DNA of 63,658 nt, counting the filler, from Reticulomyxa filosa (lineage: Eukaryota; Protista; Foraminifera), in the NCBI GenBank assembly GCA_000512085.1. It is 18 parts of 18 records of this genome, joined end to end, with 100 filler letters (N's around TTAATTAATTAA, not from the genome) between each part and the next. Parts side by side here need not be neighbours in the genome. Positions count along the whole stretch, not along the records: positions 22,409 to 28,609 come from ASPP01017849.1; positions 28,710 to 30,495 come from ASPP01028785.1; positions 30,596 to 34,718 come from ASPP01005076.1; 15 more parts are not named here. One strand, written 5' to 3'. Position 1 is the first letter of the stretch. Every line of letters begins with the position of its first letter. Made by a program: the position numbers and the translations under genes. Below the pieces are notes generated by a model. The model searched no databases. It saw only the letters and a list, made by a program, of their open reading frames with translations, and was not told the origin of the DNA. Below are positions 23,535 to 34,565 of the stretch, piece after piece.

Positions 23535-24860
23535 ATTGGTATTTTACCTCAATATGTCTTTTGTGAATACTCTGGCCAAAAAAGAAACTAAAGCACACCT
23601 TGAAAGTATTTTCTAATTTGTTGAGAGTCACAAACGTGTTGGCGATTTTTTTTTTAGGCCATTTTTGTAGGAAGCAAGTTGTATCAAATTTTCTGCAGTC
23701 TTTCAAAAAACCACATTTTCAAAAAGTGCACACTAGCCAAATTTTTATAATACTGTGATCAATCTATTTTTTTAGTTCGGGCTGTTAAAATTATTGCAAT
23801 TTTAATTATGTTTACTGAAAAAATTATAGTTAAGAAGACATTTTTAACATATATGAGATTTGAAAATCAATAAAAAAGTTATTCTGCTGAACTCGAATTT
23901 CACTTTTTACGCCGCTTGAGCAGCCTTTTATTTGGATAATGCATGAAAAGGTCACCATGTGAAAAATACAACGGCACAAGTTGAAACTAAGACAAGGTAC
24001 ACAACACTTGTTAATCCAATCTATTGTGAAACATTTGCTTTTATGCGCCATGCTTAGCGTCTAATTTTTCTTTTACCAACAACATCTTCTTTCGTAACTT
24101 CTATGATTTATTTGTAAAAACCCCAAACAGCCATGTGTGCGCAATTTCGTTATGTCAAAGGTTAGTTTGTGTTAACTGCTGGAAAGGGATTTTGCAATTT
24201 TTTCGGCTCTCTTTGGACTGCTCACTTTTAAAGTGTACAAATAGTTTGCAGTTCGCAATTTAAATTTTGTGATTTTTGATTTTTTTGATTTGTATACAAT
24301 CACTTTCTTTTTGGCTTTTTCATTTTGTTCGTATCTCTTCAACAAAGCCATAAATTCACGTTGTCCACGGACTTGTTTTGGCTATTGTGAATTTTGATTG
24401 TTAGTTTTTCTTTTGTTGCTTGTAGCGAAAAAAGGAATAAAGCCAAACCTCACCATTTTTCAATAATTTGATGCAACGATGAAAATTGGATCTGTCAATC
24501 ACTTCAATCGCAGTGTCGAACAGAATAGATCAAGGGCAATAATAACAAGAGCGAAAACAAAAGGGGTGAGAACGTAGGCGTTCACATACAGCCGTATTTA
24601 ACAGTGCAAATCTTTTATTTATTATATATAGGCTTCAAAAACGCTTGGCAAAGTTTTTTACACTACTTAATAGAGTATCAGAGTATAAATATAGTTTATA
24701 TGGAAACGTATGCTTTTGCAGTGAAGCTGTTGCTACTTTTTAGTGCTGTGTGATCCAGTGTCCGATATATTACAAAAGCGAATTCTTTATCGAAATTTCG
24801 CATCATCAAAAAACAGAGTCTTCTTACTTGGCAGAACTGGCCCTTTAGCAAAACCTGAAA

Positions 24861-26733
24861 ATGAAAAAGGTAGAAAAAAAAAAGAATCAAAGATTTGAGT
24901 AAGATGAATTCATTTTCTTTTCCATGTTCATGCTTTGATAAAAACTGGATTCTGCAACTTAACAGTAGCGGACAAATCAACCATTACATTTGTTTGATTT
25001 GTCAACAAATTGCCAACAATCCCGTTGAAATTATTTGTGTTCAGCACAAGGAGAAAGAACATCCATTTTGTGTAATTTTAAAGGAAAAATAAAAGAGTTA
25101 AATGATCACTTGGATAATTCATGCCCATTGAAGACATTAAATTGTTGGTTTGAACCATTTGGATGCAATTACGAGTGTCCCAAAGATGAGCTGCAAGAAC
25201 ATTTGATTTCAAAGATGCAATTTCATTTTGATTTGGTGATGAAAGTTTTTCAACAGCATCAAGTTTATAGTAATTTTTTAAGATAACAGAATTATAAAAT
25301 TACAAATTATAACAAATGTACAGAAAATGATAAAGAAGCTACAATTGGAAAACGAAAAAATGAAGTTGAAACTTTTGCATAATGGAGAAAGTGAGCAAAA
25401 AATATCAGCCTCGAAGGATCAACAAGATCTTTTTTTGGTCCAATCAAGATCAGGTTTTTTCATGTGTTTAATACAAAATTTTGCCTATCAATTTTGAAAA
25501 CTAAAAAATTGATCCAGGCAAAAGCTAATGAGATTCAAAAACTAAAAGAAGAGATTGAACTCAAAACAAAACAATTTTTCGAGAAAGAGAACGAAGTCAA
25601 AAAACCACAAAGAGATTTTCAACAAGAAGTGCTCAAAAGTGATGTTGATTTCGAAGATTTTGTCGAAAAAAAAGAGCACCAGCAATCTCAGCACAACGAT
25701 GCAGAAGAGAAAATTGTTAATCTTTCTCAAGATAATCAAAAATTACTTCAGCTTTCAAACAATAGTGACAACGAAGGACAAAAGAAATCTGGAAATCGAG
25801 ATCATTTGTTGTTGTCAACACAACCATCTTCTTTATCTTTTTCTAGTTTTAGCCATGTATCAATCCCAAATTATGATCAATTGCGTTCAATCGAGCTGCT
25901 CAAGACATTTTCTGGGAATTCCGGTCGTGTGTGGAGTATTGAATTTTCCCCATTTGATGGAGGTCTCACTCTTTGTTCTGGATCGAATGACAAAACAATC
26001 AGATTGTGGGATGTAAGTACTGGCAAACAAACCCAAATATTCAATGGGCAGACTATTATGTTCTGCATGCTGTGACAAAACGGTCCGTTTATGGGATATT
26101 AAAACTTCTAAACAATTGCAAGTCCTTGACGGACACACAGATATTGTTTGGTGTGTTGATTTTTCACCATTACAAAGTAACAGTAATGGCAATAGCAATA
26201 TTGGTGATATTGGTGGCATTGGATATACAATTTGTTCTGGATCACGAGATAAAACTATTCGTTTTTGGGATGTTCTAACTGTCAAAGAATTGATAGTTTT
26301 AAAACACGAAGGGTATGTGACTAGTGTAAAATATCCAAGGGATAGATCAGGTTTTACTGGAAGTGAAAATATAATATGCTCTGGATCATATGATAAAACT
26401 GTTCGTTTATGGGACATTCGAACAAACAAAGTAATTCATGTGTTCAGAGGACACACCCGAGAAGTAACTTGTGTTCAGTATGCATCTGGTAGTGTAGATG
26501 TAATATGTTCTGGGTCATGGGATAACACGATCCGTTTCTGGGATATTCGCAACACTAAGCAAATACATGTGATTAAAGGTAATGGTAATGAAGACGGTGG
26601 AATATGTTCAATTCAATTTCCGTCAAGAGGAAGTGACACAAAAAGAAATATGATCAAACACAAAGTCTATGGCAATTGCGGTTATAGTTTATGTTTTGGA
26701 TCAGAAAACGGTCCTGTTCGTTTGTTAGGATAA
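24861..26733 (+). pseudogene. TRAF7-like RING / TRAF zinc finger / coiled-coil / WD40 gene disrupted by two internal frameshifting deletions
   Basis: CLICQQIANNPVEIIC..H, CNFKGKIKELNDHL..CP..CWFEPFGC...H, a coiled coil and WD40 repeats. Sequence present in in-window paralogs is missing at about 25050 and 26049. Confidence 0.85.
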
Positions 26734-27088
26734 AACGTGTTTTGAGCGAATGAGCACTCTTATGCAAAACAATCAAAAGAGATTAGTAACAACAAATCAG
26801 AAGGAACTAAAAGAAAATTCATTACACATTTACTTTGTCAAAATTTGCTATTTTTATTTAGTTTTTGTGTCAAATTTCTTAAAAACAAATCCAAAAGCAC
26901 AATTGTACTTTTACTTTTCTACAATGTATAACGAAAAATTGTTTCAAAGTTGTAGTGTTACAAAATGAAACGAAATATAAGTGATTTAATTATTAATAAA
27001 AGAAAAATAAGCACAGAATTCGCTAATAATTATTGTTAATATATCCATTTTTTATTTAAAAACGTCAAACAAATAAAAATTTCATCAC

Positions 27089-28528
27089 TCATGATAACAT
27101 GATATTTCCAATACCAACTTGAATTTCGTCACTGACGTCGTCATTGCTAAAATTATCCATGGGCCAATATCTGGCAACAAAATGGGAAACCTGATCACGG
27201 CATCTCTGACTTAGCCGTTGGATTGCAAGAATACTTTCCAACAAGTTTAATCCTCCCAACTCTTCCATTTTTTCTATAAGCGGATTAAAGCTTGCACTTT
27301 GTGGAACGTGTGCAAAGTTGTTGTAAGCGTTAAAGCATATTTCCAATGATTCCAGAGCAAGTGAAATCACTCTTTCAATTTTACAGTCTAATAATTTCAC
27401 TGTTGCTTCAATAAAGCCAAGATTAATCAACAAAGTCAAGTGTTCAAATGAAGCCAAAGTCAATGCATTGCCCAAACACCAATATGCTTCTTTGCGGACA
27501 GCAAGATCCGTTTTTTCTGCTAGACATAAATCCATGACTTTTCTATAGATTTGTATTTGGATATCAAAGTGGTATCATATGACAGGTTCCCAATTTTGTA
27601 TTGTAAACTGAAATAAAACAAAACAAAAAAAAGGTCTAACATAAATGATGAACACTTAAGTACTTGACTAGATTTTTTTGTTCAAAAAACAGGTCAATAT
27701 TACTTCGTTCCTGGGATGCAACGACATTGGATAAGGCCCAACAAGACTCTTTACTGATATTCGTGATCGGATAGTCAATGCATTTGTCAATGACATCAAA
27801 AAACCCAGTTTTGACAACTGCAGCTGTTTGTGCGTCCGTCCCACTTGCAATGTTCCCGATGATACGTACACAAGGTGCTATCAAGAAATCACTCTGCGTT
27901 CTTTTCTGCTTCAGTGTCATCGGAAGAATGCATTCTATATCCTCAGCATTGAACTTTCCTCCCGATCTTAACTTTTTTTTGGACAGAATCCACATACATA
28001 CATGTCAAAAGAAAAACGTATACACTATCAGATGTTATCATTATCCCTATTAGTAATATATGTACACACATAAATAGATGTCAATCAATGGAGAAAAAAA
28101 AGGACAAGAGAAAGAGAGGACGCACAAGCAAATTTTACCTCATCACTTTCATTTTGAATCTCATATCTCCACTTTAGGGCTTGTTTGATAAATTTGATGA
28201 TAGTCGGAACGACACCAGTTTGAATGACAGCAGTAATTTGAAACGATTCCGGCCAGTCTTCAGGAATAGTGTTGGGTTCTCCAAATATGTTGAACCCTTC
28301 TTCTCTGGAGTCACTGATATATGAGAGTGCCCACAAGCAATCAACAATAGTCTCATTGTCCGTTGTCCTTTCCAGCACAGCCGTCAAAGGTCGCAACGCC
28401 TGTACTATTGTTGTCCAATTCGGGGACGGTTTGTGTCGACACAGATTGCCCAGGGTATATACTGCTGTACGTTTCACCGAGTCTGGGAATCCAAGCAAAT
28501 TAGTCAACAAATATTCGAATGCTGCAGT
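27089..28528 (-). CDS. Importin-alpha (divergent), ARM repeats to C-terminus; 5'-truncated
   Basis: NLCRHKPSP, DCLWALSYISD, PCVRIIGNIASGTDAQT, KESCWALSN, VRKEAYWCLGN and EELGGL across three or more exons. Confidence 0.92.
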
Positions 28529-28570
28529 CTATTTTTTTTTTTTTTTTAATTTGACTCTTTTTTCCCTTCT

Positions 28571-28609
<39 letters not shown>

Positions 28610-28748
28610 NNNNNNNNNNNNNNNNNNNNNNNNNNNNNNNNNNNNNNNNNNNNTTAATTAATTAANNNNNNNNNNNNNNNNNNNNNNNNNNNNNNNNNNN
28701 NNNNNNNNNGTAAATTTGTCTATTTTGTACTTTTCAAAAAATATACAG

Positions 28749-29747
28749 CTTGGCACATGTGTGATGGTGGGTGAAACGAGTAAATCGATAATTCTGAATG
28801 ATTTGACATTAGAAGAGTTGATTTATAAAATTCATTATTCTTGTTTAGATTTGCAACATTTTAAAAAAATGAAACAAGAAAATTTGACATTTGAATTAGT
28901 TGATATGAAGGAAAATATTATTGATTCTGATGAAGCAGTTAAACAAACATTTGTGAGTAATGAAAATTCGTATAAAATACTTTGGAGACCAATAATAAAT
29001 GAAAAGCACAAGATAATAAAGAATCCATTAGTTGTGATGATTGCAATTAGTGAATATATTGATAACACAAAATGGCCTAATATTCCAAATGTAAAAGATG
29101 AGGATGTCAAAAATTTCAAACAATTATTTGAGGAAGAATTAAAGTATCAATTTGTGTACAATTTATCTCCAAGAATGACAAAAGTAGCTTTACAAGCATT
29201 TATAGATCGATTATTTGTTGATTTTGAAATTCGTACAAATGAAAAAAAATATGATGGATTAATAATAATTATTTGTGGACATGGAGAGAATGGAAATAGG
29301 TTGGTAACAAGTGATGGAAAAAATATGTCAATTGATGATATACTTAAATTATTTGATTGTGAGAAAATAGAATCTTTTAAAGATTTTCCAAAAATATGTA
29401 TAATTGACACATGTCGTAACCAAAACACTTCAGCTAATTATATAATGACAGCAATGAGAGGAAAGACAGAAGAAAAGGAAGATATGCAAGTACCTGGACA
29501 TAGTCATGATGGATTTTTGATTATTTGGTCAGCTATACAAGGAGATCAAATTGCAAATCGTTCATTACTAAGTAATAGCATGAAAAGTGTTGTGCTGTCT
29601 AAATATAAAAGTAAATATCCATTAAAACAAATGTTGCACGATATTAGACAAGACATTCAAAAAAGTGGAAATAGTGAATGGTATTGTATGAAAACACAAG
29701 ACTCTACTTCATATGACATGATTTTTGTTGCTAGAGAAACATTATAA
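28749..29747 (+). CDS. Caspase-fold (clan CD, C14-like) protease with an N-terminal PB1-like module; last exon
   Basis: LVVMIAISEY strand, IICGHG (His codon at 29280), IIDTCR (Cys codon at 29412) and a p10-like region GFLIIWS...SLL. Preceded by an acceptor CAG at 28748. Confidence 0.85.
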   Translation, partial: LGTCVMVGETSKSIILNDLTLEELIYKIHYSCLDLQHFKKMKQENLTFELVDMKENIIDSDEAVKQTFVSNENSYKILWRPIINEKHKIIKNPLVVMIAISEYIDNTKWPNIPNVKDEDVKNFKQLFEEELKYQFVYNLSPRMTKVALQAFIDRLFVDFEIRTNEKKYDGLIIIICGHGENGNRLVTSDGKNMSIDDILKLFDCEKIESFKDFPKICIIDTCRNQNTSANYIMTAMRGKTEEKEDMQVPGHSHDGFLIIWSAIQGDQIANRSLLSNSMKSVVLSKYKSKYPLKQMLHDIRQDIQKSGNSEWYCMKTQDSTSYDMIFVARETL

Positions 29748-30595
29748 CTTTTTTTTTGCTTGAAGGGAGTTATTCTTTGAAGTGTGCTGACATAGTTCAA
29801 TGTTTTTCCGAATTAAGTAAAATTTCAAATTACATCAAACACGAGCCAGTGAAATTGAGTTTTATGAGTTCCGAACCCCGGAACGCCCTTGTCCCTATTA
29901 ATCTAATTTTTTTTCATGAATCACACTTCTTATTTTTGTTAAAAATTTTTTCAAGCAACTTGAAAATTGGTACTTTAATCCTGGACAACTGATTTCATAC
30001 AGATTATTTGAAATTTGAAATGAAAATGCTTGTGCCAAAAGCAATAACTAACTTTATCAAAAAAAACAACTTTGCGTTTCTTTGAAATGATCAAGATCTA
30101 GCAAAACGTGTTTACTAGAAAACAATTTTTGTTTTTTTAACCAAAAAACGGCTTCACCAAGTTATATCCCTACTGTGAATGAGAAAAGAAGAGAATGCAA
30201 GTCATTCACATCTAAGCCACAAATATCGGTTGATTTTGTCAACCCCAAAAAGGTGTTACATGGTGAATGTAATGATACTACCCCAAATACCACTGAAAAT
30301 AAGAATTTCATCGTCGTGAACCACGCATTGGCTTCAGGTGAGTGCTGTTTTAAAAGTAAAAACGCATTAAAAATCAAAATCTGATCCCATATCATGGCAA
30401 ACATAAAAGATTTTAGGTAACCTTCATACATTGTCGTATAATTCTTACTGCTTGTAAAATTTTTTTTTGAATTCTTTCTGCGTGCTAAATTCTGCNNNNN
30501 NNNNNNNNNNNNNNNNNNNNNNNNNNNNNNNNNNNNNNNTTAATTAATTAANNNNNNNNNNNNNNNNNNNNNNNNNNNNNNNNNNNNNNNNNNNN

Positions 30596-31961
30596 TCTCT
30601 CCATTGCCAATGTCTTCATTGGGGCTACCTTTCAATGTTCTATTCAAATCAGTGAACAAAAAAAAAAAAAAAAGGGAAATATACACTCCAAAAAAAAAAA
30701 ATAAAATATATATATATATATATATGTACATATATACACATATATTATGTATATATGTATTTATATAAAAGAATGACAACAATAAAAATAGTATATACAT
30801 TCCTATGAGTGACTCCATTCAAATGTCCTGTTAGCGTATCAATGGCAGGAAGGGCATTGAACTGAGAAGCAGTACGGTCGGCAGTGATACTCGCGGTGTG
30901 TATGATGTGAGTGGTGGGATGCAGTTCCGGCGACAAAGAGAGAGGAGAGATGGCATCTATCTTGTGGTCCATCGCCACGGAGAGAGGGGACACCACGGCT
31001 TGTTCTTCCAAAGTGTCGTTCAGCGACATGGTCCCTTGCAGTGGCGACCACATATCCATTTCCACGTCGACCAATGGCATGTGATTGTGCTCTGTCGCCA
31101 ACAAATGGCGAGACTGTATTGTACGTTGGGCTATTGATCGACGAGGATTAATTTGGAATATCTTTCCATTATGAAAAAAAAAGGGATTGGTCAAATGATT
31201 ATTATTATTATTATTATTATTATTAATATTATTAAAGGGAAATGCAGTATTTTGCTGACTAGTTGAAGGAACAGGTGTTGATGACTGGTACGTCGCATAA
31301 ACACTTCCACTTCCAATTGAAATTTGATCAGTGAAATGTCCGACAGTTTGTGTTCGAATATCACGCTTCTTCACCACTTCACCATCGCTCACTGTGTCTA
31401 CTGTTGGTGGGTTAGCAATCATTACACTCACTGCTCGCTTTGGGCTATGCATCGTCGGCAGGTTTGGCACGCTTGCTTTGCGCTTGTAACTGTCCTTTTT
31501 TACCTTCGAAACCGATGACAGCGGTATCGTCATTGTTTCCAATTGCTCCTCGTCTGCTCCTGCATCGTCATGTGGAGATCGTTCTCTAACACTTTGTTAT
31601 ATTTTTTTTGCTAGTGTCCGCTCACACTTACGTGCACTTTTTTTTTTCTTCCCTTCTCTCCTCCCCACCCCCCCCACTCCCCCTCCTCTTCCTCAAACTT
31701 CTTTAATATATGTCAACCATTGCCTTTTTTCTACTTTTTCTTTCGATACCTTTCCGTATTACTCCCATCGGTTTTCTCTTCATTCAACTCATTCATCGAA
31801 ATACCATCGATGGTCTTACTCTCCTCTTCTGTGCTTCTGCTGTCTTTGTTTATTATATTCCTCTCACTATCTTGGTTCGACGGTTCATTATTCGAAGAGA
31901 TTTCAGATAATGGCTTATCCGAAATATTTTCGTCTAGTTCTTTTAAAATGTGCTCACTCAT
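30596..31961 (-). CDS. Hypothetical low-complexity protein, N-terminal exons; 3'-truncated
   Basis: ATG at 31961, an acidic first exon, and a long Ser/Pro/Asn-rich exon at about 30800-31640. Confidence 0.6.
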
Positions 31962-32564
31962 TTGTTGTCAAATTTTTTTTTTTTTTTGACACTAAACAGT
32001 GCCTCATTTAAGAACTGCATCAACTCTGAGGTTAAAAAAAAAGTGAAGCTGAAAGATAATCTAAAGAAACTTGATTTGTGTAGCAAAAGCCTCCTTTTAT
32101 TGGGTTGTTAGATGTTAATAAGGTCTTGCTTTGAAATAATAGAGTTTGACATTTCATTTGCTTACATAATCCGAGACTTTGCCCAAGAATGACTGATAAA
32201 AAAAGCAAACATGCCTCTTAAACTGTTTAGTTTAATAGTAAGTAAAAAAAAATGGTAAATCAAGAGTGGAGCTTATATATTTTGTATTGTTAAATAACAA
32301 TGACAACAAGATGTTACACTCTTTTTTTAATGTCCGAAATTTAAAAAAAAGACTTTGAAAGGATGTAAAATTATATCGATCTAAAATGAAATTTGTAAGT
32401 AAAAAAAACAACTTGGAACCTGAAAATGACAATATCAATGGTGTTATTTTTTTGAACTTTTTATATCAGCCACTTTTTATATGTATGTAAATGGTTATGA
32501 TTATTATCACTGTCACATTTAGACTTTTGCAAGCCCTAAAAGGAGGGGAAAAAAAAAGAAAGCA

Positions 32565-33428
32565 TTAAGAATTGAAAATACGATTGCGAATGTAGTCATG
32601 ATATTCTTCAAACGTCAACTTTTTGGGACGTAGTTTACTCCATTTTTGAACTTGTTTTATCCTTTCGCGGTGAACTTTTTCGCCAGCGAAGGAGACTTTC
32701 AAGCCAAAGTCTTCTTCCAAATCATGAGCAAAGCACGCTTTTTCCGCAGACTTCAACAAGTCAAAGAAAATGAAGGCACAGCTTTGATGTGGCAAAATTT
32801 CGAGGTCTCGGATGTGTCCATACACTTGAAAGATAGTCCTCAACTCTGTTTCAGCATATGGCCTTTCGGACGCATTCCAACGAACAAGTACCATCGACTT
32901 TTCTTGCGTCGTCATATTATCTTCCGATGTCAAATCTTTCAATCTTTGTGACTTCATTTCATTCAGCTTTTGTTTGCGCATTTCATTGATTTGCTGTCGA
33001 AAATTTATCAACTCTTGCTTTATTATGTCCTTTTTCACTTTGTGATGGAAATGATTTGCTCCACTTTTGAATGGATTATTCGCATACTCAAACTCTTTTT
33101 TATCCAATTCCTCTCGCATTTGCCGCAGATCCGCATTCATCGCTGCGAACATCTTCTGCTGCTCCTCAAATCTTTTCAGCCTTTCGAAATATTTCTTATA
33201 CTCGATATCGTATTCTTGCCTGGACTTATCGTCCGCAAGTACTTCCTTTGCTTCTACTATCAATGCAAACTTCTCATCCGCGTTTGGGTCGTCCGGATTT
33301 TTGTCCGGGTGCATTATCAGTGCAATCTTGTAGTAAGATTTTATAATGACTGCTTTTGGAGCATCAAAAGCCACTTTCAACAAAGCATAATAGTCAATGA
33401 AATCGTCTTTATTCAGTTGTTCGGACAT
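32565..33428 (-). CDS. DNAJC17: DnaJ protein with a C-terminal RRM (DNAJC17/Cwf23-like)
   Basis: J-domain DYYALL...MHPDKNPDDP, MREELDKKE coiled coil, and RRM-like VLVRW...LRTIFQVYGHI...AFIFF. Intronless, 287 aa. Confidence 0.85.
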   Translation of the reverse strand: MSEQLNKDDFIDYYALLKVAFDAPKAVIIKSYYKIALIMHPDKNPDDPNADEKFALIVEAKEVLADDKSRQEYDIEYKKYFERLKRFEEQQKMFAAMNADLRQMREELDKKEFEYANNPFKSGANHFHHKVKKDIIKQELINFRQQINEMRKQKLNEMKSQRLKDLTSEDNMTTQEKSMVLVRWNASERPYAETELRTIFQVYGHIRDLEILPHQSCAFIFFDLLKSAEKACFAHDLEEDFGLKVSFAGEKVHRERIKQVQKWSKLRPKKLTFEEYHDYIRNRIFNS

Positions 33429-34289
33429 TCTTTATTATTATGATTATTTTTTCTGTCTTTTCAAAGGATGTGAACACCCTGTGCACTGAACTTTTGTTTT
33501 TATACTAATTCACAGTTCAAGAGATTGAATATTCATCGAATTTTTTAAAAAATACCGAATGTGATATTTAGGAATGAAGTAAGACATGCTGTTTTGTGTA
33601 ACTATCATATCACAGCTAATAACTGAACATAAAGCAATGATTTGCCAGCAGAAGTGGTCAACAAAACAAAAAAATAACGATTATATAATATCAATGCAAT
33701 AAATACAATAATTTTTTTTGTCCGGTTGGCATGTACGTTGATAAAACGAAACAGATCTTCGTTTGTTTAATTTCACAACAAGCAAAAAAAAAAAAAAGAA
33801 AATCAAAGATAAACTCAACGAGTATTTTTCCTTTTCTTATAACTCAAGTAACATATTTTGTTGTGTTCTCTTTGGCATACTAACACGCAATGCAAACTTA
33901 TTATCTTAAAGAGCAGCAAAATAAATATTTGCCTTATGTAAACTTTGAAAAGACCAACAAGACACAACAAAAAATATATACAACTTGATACCCACAAAAT
34001 CCTTCCATTTAGAAATGAAAATTCAAAAAAAAAAAATCAAGGCGAAAGCCAGGATGAAATATGCACAACAAATAAAACAATAGAGAACTAGAGTTTCCCT
34101 TCCCCCTTTTTTATTTTTTAAAAAATTACTAATTTGCAAATATATATTGTTTCCGTCGAAATTTACTGTAAATAAATGGAATACTAAATGACCATTGATG
34201 TTTTTCATGTTTTGATGACTTTCCCTTTGGAAATGCCAAACAAATCATAAATGGCGTCACGTTTATGTTCTTCCGACACAATCCAAGGA

Positions 34290-34565
34290 GATATGTCCAG
34301 TCCTTCCAATCACATGGGAGGAATGGGTGGAGGACACTACACTGCATTTGCCAAAAATTTGGATAATGGAAAATGGTATCATTTAGATGATAGTCGAGCT
34401 TCCGAAGTCCGCAATCTTCAATCCATGGTCTTGTTCTCCGCTTATGTCTTGTATTACAAACGTAGACATTCACGAGAACTTAAACAACGTGCTTCACGTA
34501 TTGTCATTCTTGATATCCATTTAATCAATGCTGATCAAAGGGATACCTCTCCAGACAACCAATAA
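34290..34565 (+). pseudogene. Orphan C-terminal fragment of a USP4/11/15-type deubiquitinase
   Basis: His box [18 protein letters not shown]...WYHLDDS...AYVLYYKRR. There is no Cys box, and no room for one upstream in this contig. Confidence 0.75.
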
